From contig CBDUPA010000001.1 in assembly GCA_965368975.1 (NCBI GenBank), forward strand, positions 704,001-768,000: a DNA stretch of 64,000 nt, read 5' to 3'. A program made the translations under genes and the position numbers. The notes below the pieces were generated by a model. That model had not been told where the DNA came from. It worked only from the letters and a program-made list of their open reading frames with translations, and ran no database searches. Position 1 is the stretch's first letter. The number at the start of each line of letters is the position of its first letter. The stretch comes from an uncultured bacterium. GTDB taxonomy: Bacteria; Acidobacteriota; Thermoanaerobaculia; Multivoradales; JAHZIX01. Positions 59,513-64,000 of the stretch are shown in pieces.

Positions 59513-60523
59513 ATGCCGACGCAAGAGACGCAAACACGGGTCCTGTCTGGGATCCAGCCTTCCGGCGGCCTGCACCTGGGCAACTACCTGGGCGCCATCC
59601 AGCAGTGGGTGAAGGGACAGCACGAGAAGGAAAGCTTTTTCTGCATCGTCGACCTGCACGCCATCACGGTGCCGCAGGATCCGCAGGTTTTGCGCGCCAA
59701 CACGCGGGAACTGGCTGCCCAACTCCTGGCCTGCGGCTTGGACCCGAATGTGTGCACCCTCTTCCTGCAGAGCCACGTGCGCGCGCACGCCGAGTGCTCC
59801 TGGCTACTCCAGTGCGTCACGCCACTGGGCTGGCTCGAACGCATGACCCAGTTCAAGGCCAAGAGCAGCGAGCAGCAGAGCGTGCTCACCGGCCTGCTCA
59901 CCTATCCGGTGCTGCAAGCCGCCGACATTCTCTTGTACGACGCCGACGAAGTGCCTGTGGGGGAGGACCAGAAGCAGCATGTCGAGCTGACGCGCGACAT
60001 CGCCCAGCGCTTCAATCACCTGTTCGGGGATACCTTCAAGGTACCCAAGGCGATGATTCGTGAGGCGGGTGCCCGCATCATGGGACTCGACGATCCTTCG
60101 AACAAGATGAGCAAGAGTCACAGCGGCACGCGTGGCCACTGTATCCGCCTGCTCGACACGGACGACGAGATCCGCTATGCCTTCAAGCGTGCCGTGACCG
60201 ACTCGGGCCGCGAGATCGCTTTCAGCGACGATCCGGAGCGCGGCGGCGTCAACAATCTTCTGACCATCTACCAGCTGCTGACGCACAAGACGCAGGAAGA
60301 CGTGCTGGCAGACTTCGCTGACGCACGTGGCTACGGGGACCTGAAGAAGGCCGTGGCCGAAGTCGCGGTGAGCGCGATCACACCGATCCGCGCCGAATCG
60401 CAGCGCCTGCTCGAAGATCCCGCTGAACTCGACCGCCTGCTGGCGATCGGTGCCGAGCGTGCGCGCGCGATCGCCGAGCCGATCGTGGCCAGGGCCAAGG
60501 AACGCATCGGCTTCATCGTCTAG
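59513..60523 (+). CDS. trpS: Tryptophan--tRNA ligase
   Basis: SGIQPSG.LHLGNYLGA, YPVLQAADIL, VPVGEDQKQH.EL.RD, KMSKS. Confidence 0.97.
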   Translation: MPTQETQTRVLSGIQPSGGLHLGNYLGAIQQWVKGQHEKESFFCIVDLHAITVPQDPQVLRANTRELAAQLLACGLDPNVCTLFLQSHVRAHAECSWLLQCVTPLGWLERMTQFKAKSSEQQSVLTGLLTYPVLQAADILLYDADEVPVGEDQKQHVELTRDIAQRFNHLFGDTFKVPKAMIREAGARIMGLDDPSNKMSKSHSGTRGHCIRLLDTDDEIRYAFKRAVTDSGREIAFSDDPERGGVNNLLTIYQLLTHKTQEDVLADFADARGYGDLKKAVAEVAVSAITPIRAESQRLLEDPAELDRLLAIGAERARAIAEPIVARAKERIGFIV

Positions 60524-60531
60524 CCGCTGCA

Positions 60532-60598
60532 TTGCTGTTCGCGGCCCTCCGGCCGCGATGGGGTTACCTGTTGCTCTTCGCGACCCTCCGGCCGCGAT
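60532..60598. repeat. Two REP-like 28-bp palindromic direct repeats
   Basis: TTGCTGTTCGCGGCCCTCCGGCCGCGAT (60532-60559) and TTGCTCTTCGCGACCCTCCGGCCGCGAT (60571-60598), each forming a hairpin, between convergent genes. Confidence 0.75.
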
Positions 60599-60602
60599 TC
60601 GA

Positions 60603-61136
60603 TCACCTGGCGCGGCCCGTGAGGCGCCCTTCGTTGGTGAGCAGGCCGTGCTCGATCAGCCACGCTCGTCCATCCTCGGCATCCTGCTCGAACCAGGCGC
60701 GTGTCGACCCCAGGCGGAAGCTGTAGCCCCAGGCATCCATGTCGTGGCAGAGCCGGGCGCGACCGACGCCTGGCAACTCGTCGGCGAGAAGCACCTGCAG
60801 GTAGCAGACGCCGCATTCTTCTAGGTCGTCGCCGCCGGCGTCGGTGTGCAAGGAAGAACGTCGCTCGGCGTCGGCACACAGCAGGTGTCCTCCTTCGTGC
60901 AGTGCCGACTGCACCGGCGTGTCGGCGCGCACGAAGAGCGTGCCGCGAACGATGCCCGCTTCCGGGGCGCCCCAGTGGCTGCCCGGAATCTCGGCACCGT
61001 CCGCGACCTGCACGACCGCCACTCCGTAGCCAGCGAATAGCCGTTCGAGCGCGCCGGCCTCGAGGTCGCCGCAGAGGAACTGCCCTTGTAGCGAGGGTTC
61101 GCTGGACGGGCTGCTGACTGCGGCGGCTTCAGTCAT
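60603..61136 (-). CDS. Conserved hypothetical protein with HExxH motif
   Basis: IPGS.WG..EAG...DTPV.S.LHEGGH..C...HTDAG....EE..VCYLQ...MD.WGYSFRLGS; ATGA overlap with the upstream gene. Confidence 0.75.
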   Translation of the reverse strand: MTEAAAVSSPSSEPSLQGQFLCGDLEAGALERLFAGYGVAVVQVADGAEIPGSHWGAPEAGIVRGTLFVRADTPVQSALHEGGHLLCADAERRSSLHTDAGGDDLEECGVCYLQVLLADELPGVGRARLCHDMDAWGYSFRLGSTRAWFEQDAEDGRAWLIEHGLLTNEGRLTGRAR

Positions 61137-61645
61137 CGGAAGAGCGAGGTGCAGCTCTCGGACTGCAACAAGCTGCTGTCGACCACCGTCAGGCGAGTTG
61201 GGTTGGCCGCCGTTGGCTGGCACTGCCCGTTCTTGTCGCAGGTAGCCAACTGGTACCAGATGCCGCTCTCGCAGGACTTCTCGTCGTCGGTCTGGTGACA
61301 GCTGTTTTCTGTGTCCTGGCAGCAGCCCAGAGCAGTCTCATCGTCCTTGGGGCGATCAATCGCGATGGCTGCTACGGTCGGCTGTACCGGTTGGGCGGGT
61401 TGTTCCCACGGCTTGACCTGGGTCGGGTTCTCGCTGCTCGCCTGGCACTTGCCGTCGGCGCAGAAGCCAGTCTCGGCGAAGTAGTAGCGGTCATCGCCCG
61501 CTTCTTTCTTGCATTCGTCCTCGGTATCGACGCGCGTACAGCTGCCGCCGGTCTCGCAGCAGCCGGCTTGCGCGTGCGCGACGGCGGGGATCAGGAGTAC
61601 AGCGGCGGTCGCCAGCAAGAGCACGAATAGAATGTGAGTCTTCAT
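61133..61645 (-). CDS. Small secreted protein with duplicated six-cysteine module
   Basis: GAGGAG before ATG; signal peptide ending AHA; two GCC....SC...D.E..C...Y....C...G.CQ repeats. Confidence 0.75.
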   Translation of the reverse strand: MKTHILFVLLLATAAVLLIPAVAHAQAGCCETGGSCTRVDTEDECKKEAGDDRYYFAETGFCADGKCQASSENPTQVKPWEQPAQPVQPTVAAIAIDRPKDDETALGCCQDTENSCHQTDDEKSCESGIWYQLATCDKNGQCQPTAANPTRLTVVDSSLLQSESCTSLFR

Positions 61646-61767
61646 CAGGTTCTCCTCTCGAATCGATCAGCAGACGCCCGCTGACGTCAGCAGGCACGAA
61701 ACGCTAGATATTTGCCGTTGCAGTCTAGCACTTGCCTGCCGATCGAGCTCGGCCCTGCCCAGGAGCT

Positions 61768-64000
61768 TCAGTTGGTACTGTCGCTGGCAATACCGGGGAG
61801 TTTGGCGCTGTCGTCCGGCCGAGGAAGCACCGCGAGCTGTCTCTGCAATTGCCTGACACGGGCTGCATCGCCTAGCTGCGCGTGTTGATCTATCAAGAGT
61901 TCCAGGGTGAGGCGGACCTCTGGGTGATTGGCTGCAACATGCGCCTGGAAGAGTTGCAGGGCTTTCTGATTCAGCTCAGTCGCTTCCCGTAACTCACCCT
62001 GGGCGGCTGCGGTCTGCGCGAGTAGACGCAGTGTGGAAACCAGGTGGAAGTTGTCGGCACCGAGTGCGTGGCGCTTGATCGCGAGGGCTTCTTCCAGCGG
62101 CTCGCGAGCGTCAGCCCAGCGTTCCATACTGGTGTAGAGAGCTCCCAGATTATTCAGGCAGAGGCCAAGGATGGGGTGGTGTGACCCGTATCTCGTCCGC
62201 AAGATCTCGATGGCGCGCAGATACGCGGCTTCCGACTCATCGTGGCGTTCTTGCTGCTGGCGCAAGTGGCCGAGCTGTGCAAGTGTGGCGGCGACATCGT
62301 GATCGTCCGTATTGTCCAGCTGTTCGAAGAGCTGTAGGACCTCGAGCAACTCTTGGGCTGCTGTGTCGAACTGACCTTGTGCCCGGTATACGTTGGCCAG
62401 ATTTCGGCGGATCCGGAGGAGATGCCTTTCATCCCGTGGTTCCAGCAGCAGGAAGGTAGCCTTGGTTTGCTCCAGCATGTCTTTGCCCAGATCGAGTTCT
62501 TGGATCTGTACATAGAAGGATCCCAGCTGAAACTGCGACTCGCCGAGGTCCGGATCCCCTGGCGGGAGATGTTCTTGGTGCAGGGCCGCAGCGTGTTCGA
62601 GGTGGGAGCGGGCGGCCACGAACCTCCCCTGACGGTGCAGGGCACTGCCGAGCATACCCAAGCTGTTGCCGAGGTTTCTGAAATCTATAGGCTCACTGGC
62701 TGCGTACAGGTCGGCTGACTCACGCAGCAGGTTGGCAGCCGTGTCGCTGGCCCCGCTGTTCAAGTAGGCCCGCCCCATGGTCTTGAGCAACGTGGCGCGC
62801 AGTGCCGGTGTCTGCTGGAATCGACTCCGCAGACTGACGGTACCCCGGTCGAGCACCTGGCGCAGGAGGACGGGACCTTCGAGTCCGTGTTCGGACTGCA
62901 CGTCGCCCAGGGTGTCGAGCAGAAGGTCGCGAACCTCACGTGCTTCGGCCAGAGCCTGGCGGGCGTCGAGTGCTGCTCGACGGGCCCGATCTGCCTCGAT
63001 GGTGCGCGCGACGATGCCGCCGACGAGTGCTGTCAGAAGTAGCAGCGCCGCCGCGGCGGCTGCGCGATGGCGGCGCAGGAACTTGGCCAGGCGGTAGGAG
63101 GTCTTGGCAGGAACTGCTTGAACGGGATGGCCGCTCAGGTATCGTTGAAGATCCGCGGCCAGGTCGGCAGCGGAGCTGTAGCGGTGCTGGCGTTCCAAGA
63201 CGGTAGCCTTGAGAAAGACTGTGTCCAGGTCACCACGCAGACGGCGGTAGTGTTGCTGGGGTGTCGTTTTCAGAGTCCGTGCCAGTTCAGTCTGATCATG
63301 ACGAGGCAGGGCCTTCCAACGATGACTGGGGCAGGGAAGCGGTTGCGTCTTGAGTCGTTCCACCAACCCGAGTAGATCGAGCTTGTGGGAAGCCAGAGGC
63401 AGTGAACCAACCAGCAACAGGAACAAGAGAATCCCCAGGGCGTAAACGTCCGAGCGGATGTCTTGCTCCAGGGTACCGTCGTCGGCGAAGGACAAGCTTT
63501 CAGGGCTCAGGAATGCAGGGGTACCCACGACTCCGTTGCGGGTCAGGCGAGTCTCTTCTCCCCTGAGATCATGAGCGATACCGAAGTCGATGATCTTGAC
63601 GGACGGCTGGCCGTCCTGCTCCGTGACAAGGATGTTCGAGGGCTTGAGATCACGGTGCAGGATGCCCTTTTGATGCGCGTGATGGACGCCGGCGCAGACT
63701 TGCTGAAATAGCTCGAGTCGATCTCGAAGTCCCAGGTGGCGATCGCTGCAAAAGCTGTCCAACGGCTTGCCCTCGATCCGCTCCATGACGAAGTAGGGCC
63801 GGCCATCTGGCAGATCTCCGGCTTCGAAGACCTTGGCAATGTTGGGATGATCCAGTCGAGCCAGCGCGCGCCGCTCGAACTCGAAACGGTGTCGCAAGAC
63901 GCTGGCCCGGGCACGGGGCAAGATGATCTTGATCGCGACTTGGCGGCGGATGGGGGCCTCTTGCTCGGCGAGCATCACCATTCCCATGCCGCCTCGGCCC
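61768..64000 (-). CDS. Membrane Ser/Thr kinase with TPR domain (5' end outside the window)
   Basis: [36 protein letters not shown]; TM; CLNNLG-type TPRs. Confidence 0.92.
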   Translation of the reverse strand, partial: GRGGMGMVMLAEQEAPIRRQVAIKIILPRARASVLRHRFEFERRALARLDHPNIAKVFEAGDLPDGRPYFVMERIEGKPLDSFCSDRHLGLRDRLELFQQVCAGVHHAHQKGILHRDLKPSNILVTEQDGQPSVKIIDFGIAHDLRGEETRLTRNGVVGTPAFLSPESLSFADDGTLEQDIRSDVYALGILLFLLLVGSLPLASHKLDLLGLVERLKTQPLPCPSHRWKALPRHDQTELARTLKTTPQQHYRRLRGDLDTVFLKATVLERQHRYSSAADLAADLQRYLSGHPVQAVPAKTSYRLAKFLRRHRAAAAAALLLLTALVGGIVARTIEADRARRAALDARQALAEAREVRDLLLDTLGDVQSEHGLEGPVLLRQVLDRGTVSLRSRFQQTPALRATLLKTMGRAYLNSGASDTAANLLRESADLYAASEPIDFRNLGNSLGMLGSALHRQGRFVAARSHLEHAAALHQEHLPPGDPDLGESQFQLGSFYVQIQELDLGKDMLEQTKATFLLLEPRDERHLLRIRRNLANVYRAQGQFDTAAQELLEVLQLFEQLDNTDDHDVAATLAQLGHLRQQQERHDESEAAYLRAIEILRTRYGSHHPILGLCLNNLGALYTSMERWADAREPLEEALAIKRHALGADNFHLVSTLRLLAQTAAAQGELREATELNQKALQLFQAHVAANHPEVRLTLELLIDQHAQLGDAARVRQLQRQLAVLPRPDDSAKLPGIASDSTN

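Noticed and set aside
59450-60598. CRISPR array suggested by short repeats
   Set aside because: Only 2-3 copies, no unique 30-40-nt spacers, and no cas genes.
61700-61720. Sigma54 promoter upstream of the Cys-repeat gene
   Set aside because: GG-N10-GC spacing exists on the minus strand (CGGCAAATATCTAGC) but flanking bases match the consensus poorly.

Overview
High-GC bacterial window, most consistent with Acidobacteriota (PadR plus two acidobacterial duplicated-orphan-permease genes, several TIGR02999-type ECF sigma/Ser-Thr kinase modules). Na+-NQR and NiSOD hint at a marine or saline habitat (inference). Housekeeping genes: partial deaD, fhs, nqrABCDEF-apbE-nqrM and trpS. The accessory part is rich in receptor kinases. 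The most striking block is 27.1-42.1 kb, which has two arms. (i) A co-directional string: ECF sigma, a double-kinase/pseudo-cyclase/TPR receptor, a 67-aa Ser/Thr/Cys peptide, an APH-type kinase and a HopA1-LanC fusion. This is a minimal class V-like lanthipeptide pathway attached to a receptor kinase, with an FHA-GAF sigma54 activator upstream. (ii) A secreted protein under a sigma54-like promoter carries three amino-acid-identical but synonymously diverged copies of GELDTELEIDPNL and lies divergent from a second ECF/TPR-kinase pair. Together they look like an uncharacterised peptide-signalling circuit. Also present: a pair of paralogous all-helical proteins (toxin-like, one with an internal SD/ATG), two tandem circularly permuted ATP-grasp ligases divergent from a Fur-boxed TonB receptor, a solo GmrSD-like gene, and an internally deleted alcohol dehydrogenase. 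No rRNA, tRNA, CRISPR array or transposase was recognised. All family calls come from motif recognition by eye; no database search was run.
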